64,000 nt of DNA from Polyangia bacterium (lineage in GTDB: Bacteria; Myxococcota_A; Polyangia; Fen-1088): assembly GCA_035607055.1 (NCBI GenBank), contig DATNDC010000124.1, forward strand, positions 1,708 to 65,707, given 5' to 3'. The position numbers and the translations under genes are program-made. The notes beneath the pieces were generated by a model that did not search any database, was not told the origin of the DNA, and was given only the letters and a program-made list of their open reading frames with translations. Positions 25,320 to 34,859 of the stretch are shown here, in pieces; the stretch's first letter is position 1; each line of letters opens with the position of its first letter.

Positions 25320-26258
25320 TCATCTGGAACCCAGCGCCGTTGCATCGTTTTCTCGCCGTTCGAGCCGCGCGCGGGCGGCCGCCGCCTCGGCCCGGATCTC
25401 GTCGTCGTCGTGTGTGGCCGCCACGAAGGAGAGGTAGTCGTCCGCTTCGCGGCCGCCCAGGATGGCGATCGCCTCGATGATCTTTCGCATCTCGCGGCGA
25501 TCCCGCAGCGACCGGGTGCGGGTCAGCTCGGTGACGGCGCGCCGATCCCCGAGCGCGATCAACGCGCCGAGCGCTTCGTCGCGCGTCCGCTCGTCCGGAT
25601 CGTTCAGCAGCTGGAGCAGCCGCGGCGCCTCGTCGCGCAGCTTCCGCTCGCCCGCCGCGCGGATCGCCTCGTCGCGCAGCTCGCCGCCGTCGGCCCCCAG
25701 CGCGGCGTGGACGGCCGCGGGCGGCCCCTCGGCGATCTGCCGCCGCGCCAGGTAGCCGTCGATCAGATCGCCTGCCACCCGCAGCACGAGATCCCTCGTG
25801 ACCGCGTCGCGCGGTGCGGGCGTGGACGCTGCCGCGTTGCGCGCGGGCGCCGCCGCGTAACGCTCGCTCCCCCGGCCTTCGAGCGCGAACGACAGGCTGT
25901 CGGCCGCCTCGGCGCGCCCGTCGTCGAGGCGCAGCTCGACGCGCGCGCGCGCTTCGCCCTTGCCGCCCACCTCCACCGCCTCGGTGGCGATCCGCGCCGT
26001 CACGCGCGCCCGCGGTGCCGCGCCCCCGTCAGTGCCCGGCGCCAAAAACAGCCCCGAGGCGAGCAGGCGCGCGCGCAGCCGCTCTCGCAGCAGCGCCGCA
26101 TCGAGGTGAGGCGGCGAGGCGTCGTCGGGCGCCACGCTCACCTGAACGTCGACGTCGCCCAACGCGGGGCGCGGCCGCGGCGGCGCGACGGGAGCCGCCC
26201 GGTGACAGCCGAGCGCCACCAGCCCCCAGCCGAGGACCAAGATCCTCAACGACGCCAC
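25320..26258 (-). CDS. HEAT-repeat lipoprotein (hypothetical)
   Basis: C-terminal HEAT-like repeats (LLQLLNDPDERTRDEALGALIALGDRRAV, ...EAIAILGGREADDYL). The track ORF (to 26396) would overlap the upstream gene by about 100 bp. An in-frame GTG at 26258 gives VASLRILVLGWGLVALGC (signal peptide plus lipobox) with no overlap. Confidence 0.65.
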   Translation of the reverse strand: MASLRILVLGWGLVALGCHRAAPVAPPRPRPALGDVDVQVSVAPDDASPPHLDAALLRERLRARLLASGLFLAPGTDGGAAPRARVTARIATEAVEVGGKGEARARVELRLDDGRAEAADSLSFALEGRGSERYAAAPARNAAASTPAPRDAVTRDLVLRVAGDLIDGYLARRQIAEGPPAAVHAALGADGGELRDEAIRAAGERKLRDEAPRLLQLLNDPDERTRDEALGALIALGDRRAVTELTRTRSLRDRREMRKIIEAIAILGGREADDYLSFVAATHDDDEIRAEAAAARARLERRENDATALGSR

Positions 26259-26292
26259 CGCGCCCCACCGGCTCGCGCGCCCGCGGGGTCTG

Positions 26293-27414
26293 TCAGCCCG
26301 AGCGTACGCCCCGCCGGGCGGGCTGGCTGGGGAGAACCGAGCGGCTTCGCTGGGTGGTCGCGCGCGCGCGCGCCGTGAAGGGGATCGTGTCGGCATGGGG
26401 ACGCCTCAGGAGGGCGAGGTCGACGATGCGCCTGACCACCTCATCATATCCGAGGCCGGCGGCGCGCGCGGCTCGGGCGAACCCCGCCCCCTCCGACAGG
26501 TCGCAGTTCGGATTCACGTCGATCACGTACGGGGTGCCGTCGGCCGCCAGGCGCACGTCGAGCCGCGCGTAGTCGCGCAGCTCCATCGCCGCGAAGGCAC
26601 GTTCGGCCACCTCGGCGATCCGGGAGAGCGTCGCCGCCGACAGCCCTTCGCAGGGGACCGGCTTGGTGCCGCGAAACTCGGGCGAGCTCTCGACCCACTT
26701 GCCGTCGAAGGAGACGATGCGCGGACAGCCGGGCGGCATCTCGGAGAAGTCGATCTCGTAGAGGGGCAACATGTCGGCGCCCCCCTGCGTCCGCCCCAGC
26801 AGGGAGACGTAGATCTCGCGCCCTTCGACGTAGCGCTCCACCAGCGCCGGCTGACGATAACGGGCCAGCACGACGGTCACCTGCCGCTCGAGCGCGCCGC
26901 GATCGTGGACCACGGAATCGGCGGTGATGCCGACCGAGGCGTCCTCGCGGGCCGGTTTGACGATCAGGGGAAACGGAAGCGTGACCTGAGAGACGTCGGG
27001 TGTGGTCAGGAGCGTCGCCTCGGGCGTCGGCACCCCGGCGCCGCGCAGCACGTCCTTGGCCCGGTGTTTGTGCACCGCCAGTCCCAGGGTGAGCGGCGCC
27101 GATCCGGTGTAGGCCACGCCGGCGCGCTCGAGCAGCATCGGCAGCAGCGGCTCGAGGCTGCTCACCCCGTCGATCGACTCGCAGAGGTTGAAGACGACGT
27201 CGGGCGCGAACTCGGCGATCTCGCCGAGGGCCTCGTCGAGGTCGGCGCCTATCCCGACCGTCCCCGACGGCCAGCCGACGGCGTCGAGCGCCTTCGTCAC
27301 GCTCCCCACCGTTCCGAGAACGTCCTCGCGAGAACGATTCTCTGGATCGGCCTCCGCGCCCTCGTAGTCGCGGTTGTGAACGACCAAGACGCGCGGCTGG
27401 CAGACAGACTTCAC
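26293..27414 (-). CDS. D-alanine--D-alanine ligase family ATP-grasp protein (paralogue, substrate unknown)
   Basis: 373 aa with RVLVVHNRD..., FNLCESIDG..., GVAYTGSAPLTLGLAVHKHRAKDVL, FPLIVKPAREDASVGI, LVERYVEGREIYVSLLG. GTG start with a GTGA overlap on the lipB stop. Confidence 0.8.
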   Translation of the reverse strand: MKSVCQPRVLVVHNRDYEGAEADPENRSREDVLGTVGSVTKALDAVGWPSGTVGIGADLDEALGEIAEFAPDVVFNLCESIDGVSSLEPLLPMLLERAGVAYTGSAPLTLGLAVHKHRAKDVLRGAGVPTPEATLLTTPDVSQVTLPFPLIVKPAREDASVGITADSVVHDRGALERQVTVVLARYRQPALVERYVEGREIYVSLLGRTQGGADMLPLYEIDFSEMPPGCPRIVSFDGKWVESSPEFRGTKPVPCEGLSAATLSRIAEVAERAFAAMELRDYARLDVRLAADGTPYVIDVNPNCDLSEGAGFARAARAAGLGYDEVVRRIVDLALLRRPHADTIPFTARARATTQRSRSVLPSQPARRGVRSG

Positions 27415-28091
27415 GCACCAACCATTCTAGTGATCCCATCCAGCATTGCAATTGCGTTGGCGTGAAACGTGACGTTCAACTCCAAGCCGAGCTCGCGCGC
27501 CACGCGCGCGGCGAGGATCTCGAGCGGCGGCGGCGTGACGCCCAACCGCCCGAGCGAGGTGGTGCGCACGCCGGGGAGCCCGCACGGCACGATCAGATCG
27601 AAGGCGTCGAGGTCGGCCGTCACGTTGAGCGCGAACCCGTGGACGGCGACGCGGGAGCGGACGTGGACCCCGAAGGCACACAGCTTTTCGTCATTTGTCC
27701 ACAGGCCAGGCGCGTCGCGGCGGAACGTCGTGGCGACGCCCAGCTCGGCGAGGACGCGACCCACGGCCCGCGCCATGGCCGTCATGTGGCCGACCACGCC
27801 GCTCCGGAGACGCACGACCGGGTAGCCGACCAGCTGACCGGGCCCGTGATAGGTCACGTCGCCGCCGCGCGACGCGGCCGCGACCGTCACGCCGCGGCGC
27901 GAGAGCTCCGCCGCCGGCGCCAGCACGTTCTCCGGGCGCGCCGAGCGGCCGAGCGTCACCACCGGATCGTGCTCGCAGAAGAGCAGCGTCTCGGGGCCGA
28001 CCCCGGCCAGCAGATCCGCGCGCAGGCGCTCCTGGAGCGCGGCCGTCTCGGCGAACGGCGCACGCCCCAGCCACCGCCAGACGGCCTCCAA
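27411..28091 (-). CDS. lipB: lipoyl(octanoyl) transferase
   Basis: 226 aa with LLFCEHDPVVTLGRSA, RGGDVTYHGPGQLVGYPV, KLCAFGVHV. Confidence 0.9.
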   Translation of the reverse strand: MEAVWRWLGRAPFAETAALQERLRADLLAGVGPETLLFCEHDPVVTLGRSARPENVLAPAAELSRRGVTVAAASRGGDVTYHGPGQLVGYPVVRLRSGVVGHMTAMARAVGRVLAELGVATTFRRDAPGLWTNDEKLCAFGVHVRSRVAVHGFALNVTADLDAFDLIVPCGLPGVRTTSLGRLGVTPPPLEILAARVARELGLELNVTFHANAIAMLDGITRMVGA

Positions 28092-28101
28092 GGCCCCCCG
28101 C

Positions 28102-29880
28102 CTACCCTTCGGCGATCTCGGCGAAGAAGTCGGCGTCCACGAAGTCGACGCTGACGGTCGCGTTGATGACGCCCACCCCGTGCCGGATGCAGGTCTCGGC
28201 CAGCGCCGGTCCGTCGGCGATCTCGATCGGCGGTCCAGGATCTTTCCAAGCGGCGATCCCGTCCTCGGCCATACGACCGGCCAGCATGAGCAGCCCCTCG
28301 TCCTGGCCTCGCTTCATGATCCCCACGCGCAGCTCGAGGATCGCGTTCCGCCCGCCCGGCGAAGCACCGGGGCGAAGCGCGATGAGGCAGCGCGACGAGC
28401 GCCCCCCGCGGCCGCGCAGCGCCTCGATGTAGACGGTGTTGTCGATCCGCTTGACGAAGGTGGCCGGACCGAACGCCTCCCGCTGCAGGAGCACGCGGCA
28501 GAGCGCCTCGAACGCCGAGCCCGGCAGCTCGCCGAGCCGCCGCTCCAGCGACGCCACCGTCCGCTCGCGCAGGGCGCGGCGCGCCTCGCCGAACACCTGC
28601 TCGGCGCGCTCCAGCTCCCCTTCCGGCGGCCGGCGGGAGAGCGCGAAGAGTCCCGCGCCGGCGGCCCGCACGCGGGGGCGCATCCCGGCGCGCAGACGCT
28701 CCCGGGACTCGGCGGCCAGCGCCGTCCGCATGACCCGCCAGGCCTCGTTGGGCTCGCCGTGGACGAGTCGCCGGCGGGTCGCCATGTCGGCGATCTGTCG
28801 GACGGCGGTCCCCCGCCCGGGCGCCTGACCGCGCAAGATCTCCAGCGCCGCGTCGACGGGCGTCATGATCCGCCGCGGTCCCTGCCCGTTGTCGCCCCCG
28901 TTGGGCGGGCCACCCGCCTCGCCGTTGGCCGCCGCGCCACCTCCGGACTCGGTCGGCGCGAAGCCGGCGCCTTCACCGCCCGGCGCCGCCAGCGATCCTT
29001 CGCTTGCACTCGTACTTGGACTTGCGCTCGAGCTTGCGCTGCCGCTCGGGCGCGGGGCGTCTGCGAACCCTCCCCCCTCCAGCTCACCGCGGCCCCCACG
29101 CCGGCGGCGGCGCCGGCGGCGGCGGCCGGGCCCGAACTCACCCTCGGCCCGGTGCCCTTCGACGCCGGGAGCGCCGCCCGGACGGTCGCCGCCGGACGGG
29201 CCCGCCCCCTCGTCTCCTCCCTCTTCCCGATCGCCCTCCTCCCCCTCGTCGCCCTCGTCGGCAGCGCCCGCCTCGGCCGCGCCCGCGCCTTCGGGCGGTG
29301 CCGTCCCGGCGGTCTCGTCATCGTCCGTCGAATCCATCGCGCTTGGGACCTCCTCGTCGCCAGCTGCGTCGTCGTCGCCTTCCAGAACGCCGGTCTCGGC
29401 CAGGGCCGCCGCGCGCGCCTCGGCCGACAGGCCGCCGCCGTGGGTGGGCTCTTCCGCCTCGCCGTCGTCGCCCGCCGGTGCCGCTGCGGCCGCAGGCCTC
29501 CGCTCTTCTTGATCGCGCTCGCGGCCGCGCCCCCCGCGCCGGCGGCGTCGTCGCCCCTCGCCCGCCGCTCCGGCGGCGTCCTCCTCGGCCGCCCGGGCAC
29601 GCTTGGCGGGCGCCTCGGGCTTGGCCGTGGCGGCGGCGCGCTCCTCCGCCGAGACTTCGGGGTAGCGCAGGAGCCCGAACACGCCGGGTTTGACCCGCAC
29701 GAACGGATTTCCTGGCGCCTTCTTCACCGCCGCCGTCAGCTGCGTCTGCATGGTGACCTCGGGCGTGCGGCCCACGAAAGTGAGCAGCTTCCGTCCGACC
29801 ACCCGCTCCGTCAGCTCCTTGTAGTGCAGCGGCTTCCCTTCGAGTCGCAGGACTTCGAAGGCCGCTTCTAGAAAAGTCAT
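28102..29880 (-). CDS. protein with two HARE-HTH domains, a charged disordered region and a C-terminal Mrr-like (PD-(D/E)xK) domain
   Basis: The track ORF (to 30108) is trimmed to ATG 29880.
- N-terminus MTFLEAAFEVLRLEGKPLHYKELTERVV...FVRVKPGVFGLLRY (HARE-HTH).
- An acidic and poly-Arg region of about 250 aa (RRRRRGGRGRERD, GRRRRRRRRGGRG).
- A second HARE-HTH (MTPVDAALEILRGQAPGRGTAVRQIADMA...GLFAL).
- A C-terminal FEALCRVLLQREAFG...RIDNTVYIEAL...CLIALRPG... region resembling the Mrr_cat topology. Confidence 0.7.
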   Translation of the reverse strand: MTFLEAAFEVLRLEGKPLHYKELTERVVGRKLLTFVGRTPEVTMQTQLTAAVKKAPGNPFVRVKPGVFGLLRYPEVSAEERAAATAKPEAPAKRARAAEEDAAGAAGEGRRRRRRGGRGRERDQEERRPAAAAAPAGDDGEAEEPTHGGGLSAEARAAALAETGVLEGDDDAAGDEEVPSAMDSTDDDETAGTAPPEGAGAAEAGAADEGDEGEEGDREEGGDEGAGPSGGDRPGGAPGVEGHRAEGEFGPGRRRRRRRRRGGRGELEGGGFADAPRPSGSASSSASPSTSASEGSLAAPGGEGAGFAPTESGGGAAANGEAGGPPNGGDNGQGPRRIMTPVDAALEILRGQAPGRGTAVRQIADMATRRRLVHGEPNEAWRVMRTALAAESRERLRAGMRPRVRAAGAGLFALSRRPPEGELERAEQVFGEARRALRERTVASLERRLGELPGSAFEALCRVLLQREAFGPATFVKRIDNTVYIEALRGRGGRSSRCLIALRPGASPGGRNAILELRVGIMKRGQDEGLLMLAGRMAEDGIAAWKDPGPPIEIADGPALAETCIRHGVGVINATVSVDFVDADFFAEIAEG

Positions 29881-29946
29881 GGCGCCCGTCTTTACCACAG
29901 ATGAAGTTTTTTTGACGACTGCACGCGGCGAGGTTACCGGTGGAGC

Positions 29947-30951
29947 ATGATCGGACAGCGCAAGATCGGCGTTCTCATGGGCGGGCTGTCGGCGGAGCGG
30001 GACATCTCGATTCGCACCGGTGAGGCGGTGCTGGCCGCCCTGACCGACCGGGGGTACGACGCCTGGCCGCTGTTCGTCGACCGCGACGTCGACATGGTGC
30101 TGCGGCAATCACGCATCGACGTCGCCTTCGTCGCCCTGCACGGCCGTTACGGCGAGGACGGCTGTATCCAGGGACTGCTGGAGCTTCTGGGAATCCCCTA
30201 CACCGGCTCGGGCGTGCTGGCCTCCGCGCTCTCCATGAACAAGGTGCGGGCCAAGGAGGTCTTCCGCCTCAACAACCTGCCCACCGCGCCCGGCTACGTG
30301 GTCCAGTTCGACGGCGGCGAGGAGCTCCTCGAGCTGCACGGGTCGTTCGGATTTCCGGTCATCGTCAAGCCGGCCGGTGAAGGGTCGTCGCTGGGGATCA
30401 AGATCGCCCGCGACGAGCTGGAGCTGGAGGCGGCGGTCGAGCAGGCGCTGCGCTTCGACGACGACGTCCTGGTCGAGCGCTACATCGACGGCAAGGAGAT
30501 CTCGGTCGCCATCCTCGACGGCAAGCCGCTCGGCGCGGTGGAGATCGTCCCCAAGCGCGGCTTCTACGACTTCCGCAACAAGTACACCAGCGGCCGCACC
30601 GAGTACCATTTGCCGGCGCGCCTGTCGCCCGAGCGTTACCGCTCGGCGCTGCGGCTGGCGACGCTGGCCCACGAGGCGCTCGGCTGCGACGGCGCCACGC
30701 GCGTCGACCTCATCGTGAGCGACAAGGGAAACGAGGTGGTGCTGGAGGTGAACACTCTCCCCGGCATGACGCCCACCAGCCTGCTCCCCAAGATCGCCCA
30801 CGGCGCGGGCCTGTCGTTCGAGGATCTCGTGGAGGAGACCCTCAAGGGCGCGCGGCTCCGGGCGCACGGCCACCGCCGCGACCGGCGCGCGGTCCAGGTG
30901 ACCTTCCCCGGCCACGAGCGGCGCAGCGGCTTCCTCTCCGACGCGCATTAG
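29947..30951 (+). CDS. ddl: D-alanine--D-alanine ligase
   Basis: 334 aa with KIGVLMGGLSAERDISIRTG, VALHGRYGEDGCIQGLLELLGIPYTGSGVLASALSMNK, FPVIVKPAGEGSSLGI, EVNTLPGMT. Confidence 0.95.
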   Translation: MIGQRKIGVLMGGLSAERDISIRTGEAVLAALTDRGYDAWPLFVDRDVDMVLRQSRIDVAFVALHGRYGEDGCIQGLLELLGIPYTGSGVLASALSMNKVRAKEVFRLNNLPTAPGYVVQFDGGEELLELHGSFGFPVIVKPAGEGSSLGIKIARDELELEAAVEQALRFDDDVLVERYIDGKEISVAILDGKPLGAVEIVPKRGFYDFRNKYTSGRTEYHLPARLSPERYRSALRLATLAHEALGCDGATRVDLIVSDKGNEVVLEVNTLPGMTPTSLLPKIAHGAGLSFEDLVEETLKGARLRAHGHRRDRRAVQVTFPGHERRSGFLSDAH

Positions 30952-31012
30952 GGTAGCCCCCCTCACGGCCCCCGAGGGGAACGTGATTCCCCTGAGGTAA
31001 GATGGTCGTGCT

Positions 31013-33298
31013 GTGGCCCGTCGCACGCGCAAGAACCTGGCTCCCAAGCCCCCGGTCGCCAACGATCCGGCGAACGCCAAGCTGTTCATCAACCGCGAGC
31101 TCTCCTGGCTGGGGTTCAACGAACGGGTCCTCGAGGAGGCGCGCGATGCGACCGTGCCGCTGGTCGAACGACTCAAGTTCCTGGCCATCGTCGCCTCGAA
31201 CCTGGACGAGTTCTTCATGGTGCGCGTCGCCGGCCTCAAACAGCAGCTGTCGGGCAACGTCTCGGAGACGCCCCCCGACGGCCTGACCCCGGCCGAGCAG
31301 CTGGCGGCCATCAGCGCCCGCGCCCACGCGATGGTGAGTGAGCAGTACCGCGTCTGGCGGACCGAGGTCGCGCCCGGGCTGGCGGAGGCGGGCATCCGGC
31401 TGCTCCGCGCGCAGGAGCTGCCGCCCGAGCAGAAGGCGCACCTCCAGGTCTACTTCGCCAAGGAGGTCTGGCCGGTGCTGACGCCGCTGGCGGTCGACCC
31501 CAACCACCCCTTCCCCATGCTGCGCAACCGCAGCCTCAACCTGGCGATCCTGATGCACCGCGAGCGTGAGAAGGTCGCGCGGCGCGAGACGATGGTCGCC
31601 GTCGTGCAGGTCCCCTCGGTGCTCCCCCGCATCACCGAGGTGGCCGGGCCCGGAAAGTTCTCCTTCACGCTGCTCGAGGACCTCATCGCCATGCACGCGG
31701 GCGAGCTCTTCCCCGGGTTCCGGGTGCTCGGCTGCAGTCCCTTCCGGGTGACGCGCAACTTCGATCTCTCGATCGACGAGGACGAGGCCGACGACCTGCT
31801 GAAGACCATCCAAAAGGAGCTGCGGCGGCGCGAGCGCGGCAGCGCCGTGCGGCTCGAAATCGCGCACGACACCCCACCCGAGGTGGTCGGCTTCCTCAGC
31901 GCCGCGCTGCGACTCGAGCCCGACGACGTCTACCTCTTCGAGGGTCCCCTGCACCTGGCCGACCTGGCGCCCGTCTGCGCGCGCGAGGACCTGCGCGAGT
32001 ACAAGGACGAGCCGTTCTCGCCCCAGATCGTGCCGCCGCTGCAGGAGTACGACGACATCTTCCGCGTCATCGCCCAGCGCGACGTGCTCCTCCAGCACCC
32101 CTACGAGTCGTTCGAGGACGTGGTGGAGTTCATCTCCGAGGCGGCCGACGACCCCAACGTGCTGGCCATCAAGCAGACGCTCTACCGCACCAGCGCCGAC
32201 TCGGCGATCATCCGGGCCCTCATCCGCGCCGCCGAGAACGGCAAGCAGGTGACCGCCGTCGTCGAGCTCAAGGCGCGCTTCGACGAAGCCCCCAACATTC
32301 AATGGGCGCGGACATTGGAAGATGCGGGCGTGCACGTCGTCTACGGCCTCATCGGCCTCAAGACCCACTGCAAGGTGGCGCTGGTGGTCCGGCGCGAGGG
32401 GAACCGGATCAAGCGCTACGTGCACCTGTCGACCGGCAACTACAACCCGTCGACGGCGCGGATCTACGGCGATCTCTCCTACTTCACCGCGCGCGACGCC
32501 TACGCCGACGACGCGGGCGCGCTGTTCAACCTCCTCACCGGTTACTCCTCGCCGCCGTCGTGGAAGAAGTTCTCGGTCGCCCCGCTGGGGTTGCAGGAGC
32601 GGATCATCGCGCTCATCGACCGCGAGGCGGCGCTGGGGCCAAAGGGGCACATCGTGGCCAAGATGAACGCGCTCGTCGACGGGCCGGTGGTGAAGGCGCT
32701 CTACCGCGCCTCGCAGGCAGGGGTGTCGATCGAGCTCATCGTGCGCGGCATCTGCTGCCTCCGCCCCGGCGTCCCCGGCATATCCGACAACATCCGGGTC
32801 ACCAGCATCGTCGATCGGTTCCTCGAGCACGCCCGCATCTTCAGCTTCGACAACGGCGGCAAGCGCGAAGTCTACCTCTCGTCGGCCGACTGGATGCCGC
32901 GCAACTTCCAGCGCCGGGTCGAGGTGATGTTCCCCATCGAGGACGAGGGGCTGCGCGACCGGGTACAGCACGAGATCCTGGGCATCGCGCTGGAGGACAA
33001 CGTCAAGGCCCGGCGGCTCAACGCCGACGGCAGCTACACGCGGGTCCGCCCCGAGGGCGTGACCAACGGCACGAACGGCCCCGGTCCGAGCGGCGTGACG
33101 GCCAAGGTCGTCCGCAGCCAGTACCGCTTCATGGAGCTGGCCCGCGAGAAGGCTCAATCGGGACCGGCGCTACCGGGCGCCGGTGGCGCCTATCACGTCC
33201 GGACCACCCCCCCGAGCCGCAGTGGTACCGCGCCCGCGTCGCCACCCGCCACCAGCGCCGCGCCGCCGGTCGCCCCGGGCGGCGCGCCTCCCGCTTGA
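31013..33298 (+). CDS. ppk1: polyphosphate kinase 1
   Basis: 761 aa with a GTG start. Contains FINRELSWLGFNERVLEEA, NLDEFFMVRVAGL, and two PLD-like HKD regions (TGLKTHCKVALVVRRE..., EHARIF). Confidence 0.95.
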   Translation: MARRTRKNLAPKPPVANDPANAKLFINRELSWLGFNERVLEEARDATVPLVERLKFLAIVASNLDEFFMVRVAGLKQQLSGNVSETPPDGLTPAEQLAAISARAHAMVSEQYRVWRTEVAPGLAEAGIRLLRAQELPPEQKAHLQVYFAKEVWPVLTPLAVDPNHPFPMLRNRSLNLAILMHREREKVARRETMVAVVQVPSVLPRITEVAGPGKFSFTLLEDLIAMHAGELFPGFRVLGCSPFRVTRNFDLSIDEDEADDLLKTIQKELRRRERGSAVRLEIAHDTPPEVVGFLSAALRLEPDDVYLFEGPLHLADLAPVCAREDLREYKDEPFSPQIVPPLQEYDDIFRVIAQRDVLLQHPYESFEDVVEFISEAADDPNVLAIKQTLYRTSADSAIIRALIRAAENGKQVTAVVELKARFDEAPNIQWARTLEDAGVHVVYGLIGLKTHCKVALVVRREGNRIKRYVHLSTGNYNPSTARIYGDLSYFTARDAYADDAGALFNLLTGYSSPPSWKKFSVAPLGLQERIIALIDREAALGPKGHIVAKMNALVDGPVVKALYRASQAGVSIELIVRGICCLRPGVPGISDNIRVTSIVDRFLEHARIFSFDNGGKREVYLSSADWMPRNFQRRVEVMFPIEDEGLRDRVQHEILGIALEDNVKARRLNADGSYTRVRPEGVTNGTNGPGPSGVTAKVVRSQYRFMELAREKAQSGPALPGAGGAYHVRTTPPSRSGTAPASPPATSAAPPVAPGGAPPA

Positions 33299-33344
33299 CC
33301 GTTCAACAAACGGCTGTTTCCGCCTTATCAGTTTCCACCTTATT

Positions 33345-33947
33345 ATGGCCTCCGTCATGCGCCCCTCGCGTCGACTGTTTGCGATGGTCGCGCTCCTGCT
33401 TGCTCTGGCCTTCGTCAAGCCCGCCGCGGCCACGCTGGTCCTGGCGCTCGATCTGCCGACGCTCGTCGCGCGCGCCGATCAGATCTCGGTCGTGGACGTC
33501 GTCTCCGTCAAGACCTCCTGGAACGCCGACCACAACCGGATCCTCACCACCATCGATCTCGCGGTCGTCGACTGCTGGAAAGGCGCGGCGGCGCCGGCCT
33601 CTCACGTCCAGGTCGTGCAGCCGGGCGGGTCGCTCGACGGCCTGACCATGCGGGTCGAAGGGATGCCTCCGTTCTCGCCGGGCGAGCGGACGCTGCTCTT
33701 TCTCCGCTTTCCGCCCCAGACGCCGGGCCGAGCCATCGTGGTGGGGATGGCCCAGGGCAAGCGCCCGCTGCGGCGCGAAGAGGCGACCGGCCGCTGGATG
33801 GTGAGCGCCCCCGGGCGCGCCGGCGCCGCCTTCGTCCGCACCACGCCGGCCTCGGCGGAGGTGTTCAAGGCGCAGCCGCGGCCGCTCGTCGATCTGCGGA
33901 CCGAGGTGCGCGCGCTCGTGACGGGCGCCGCTGGCGGCGGACGATGA
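33345..33947 (+). CDS. secreted hypothetical protein (first gene of the metalloprotease unit)
   Basis: The track ORF is trimmed to ATG 33345. Signal peptide MASVMRPSRRLFAMVALLLALAFVKPAAA. High GC3. 4-bp ATGA overlap with the next gene. Confidence 0.55.
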   Translation: MASVMRPSRRLFAMVALLLALAFVKPAAATLVLALDLPTLVARADQISVVDVVSVKTSWNADHNRILTTIDLAVVDCWKGAAAPASHVQVVQPGGSLDGLTMRVEGMPPFSPGERTLLFLRFPPQTPGRAIVVGMAQGKRPLRREEATGRWMVSAPGRAGAAFVRTTPASAEVFKAQPRPLVDLRTEVRALVTGAAGGGR

Positions 33948-34858
33948 GGCGGGCGCAGGCAGGCGCGCTCCTCGCGGCGGCGCTGGCGCTCGCGACACCC
34001 CGCCCCGCGGCGGCTTTCGTCCGCTACGTGACCGAGGACAACGCGCCGTTCTTCTGGGCCGAGACGACCGTGGCCATCACCGGCTACCCGCACGACTTCA
34101 ACCAGTCGAGCATGACGCCCGACCAGGTCGCCGGCGCGGTGGCCGGCGCGGCCGCGGCCTGGAGCCGCGGCCAGACCCCCTGCACCTATCTCCAGCTCGA
34201 CACGGCGATGTCGGATGCCCCGACCCCGCTGGCCGTCAACGACGCCCGCAACTCGCTCATCTTCCACGGCAAGGACTGGTGCCACGTCGACGCCAAGGGC
34301 GACTGCGACATGGTGTACGACCAGACGGCGCTGGCGGTCACGACCGACACCGCGAACAAGGCGACCGGCCAGATCCTCGACGCCGACGTCGAGGTCGACC
34401 TCGTCTGGTTCCACTGGGCCGACGTGGTCGAAGACCCCAACCTGAACGCCGACATGGATCTGCAGAACGCGCTCACCCACGAGTTCGGCCACCTCATCGG
34501 ACTCGACCACACCTGCTACGACGCGCTCACGTCGACCTCGAACGGGCGTCCGGACGACAACACCGGCGCGCCGGTCGTCGACTGCTCGAGCGCCGATGCC
34601 GAGGTGGAGGCCACGACCATGTATCCCTCGGCGGAGGCGGGCGACATCCAGAAGCGGACCCTGGCCCCCGACGATCAGAACGCCGTCTGCACGATCTACT
34701 CGGCCAACAGCCCACCCCCGGCGCTCGACGCGGGGTGCCTCCAGTGCGCGACGGCCGGCGGCCCGAGCAAGGACGTCGAATCGCTCGGCGCGCTCGCGGC
34801 GCTGGCGGCGATCGGACTCGGGTTCCGCCGCCGCCGCACCGCTGCGCCGCGATCCTGA
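33944..34858 (+). CDS. matrixin-like zinc metalloprotease (metzincin) with a MYXO-CTERM-type tail
   Basis: 304 aa with a signal peptide, HEFGHLIGLDH (HExxHxxGxxH), a Met-turn candidate TTMYP, and C-terminal GCLQCATAGG...LGALAALAAIGLGFRRRR. Confidence 0.8.
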   Translation: MRRAQAGALLAAALALATPRPAAAFVRYVTEDNAPFFWAETTVAITGYPHDFNQSSMTPDQVAGAVAGAAAAWSRGQTPCTYLQLDTAMSDAPTPLAVNDARNSLIFHGKDWCHVDAKGDCDMVYDQTALAVTTDTANKATGQILDADVEVDLVWFHWADVVEDPNLNADMDLQNALTHEFGHLIGLDHTCYDALTSTSNGRPDDNTGAPVVDCSSADAEVEATTMYPSAEAGDIQKRTLAPDDQNAVCTIYSANSPPPALDAGCLQCATAGGPSKDVESLGALAALAAIGLGFRRRRTAAPRS

Positions 34859-34859
34859 G

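Noticed and set aside
30952-31012. Imperfect hairpin (AGGGGA-ACGTGAT-TCCCCT) after ddl, considered as an intrinsic terminator. A similar CCCGG-GCCCG-CCGGG lies after rpmB (about 38194-38212).
   Set aside because: The stems are short and no T-tract follows, so the support is not enough to call terminators.
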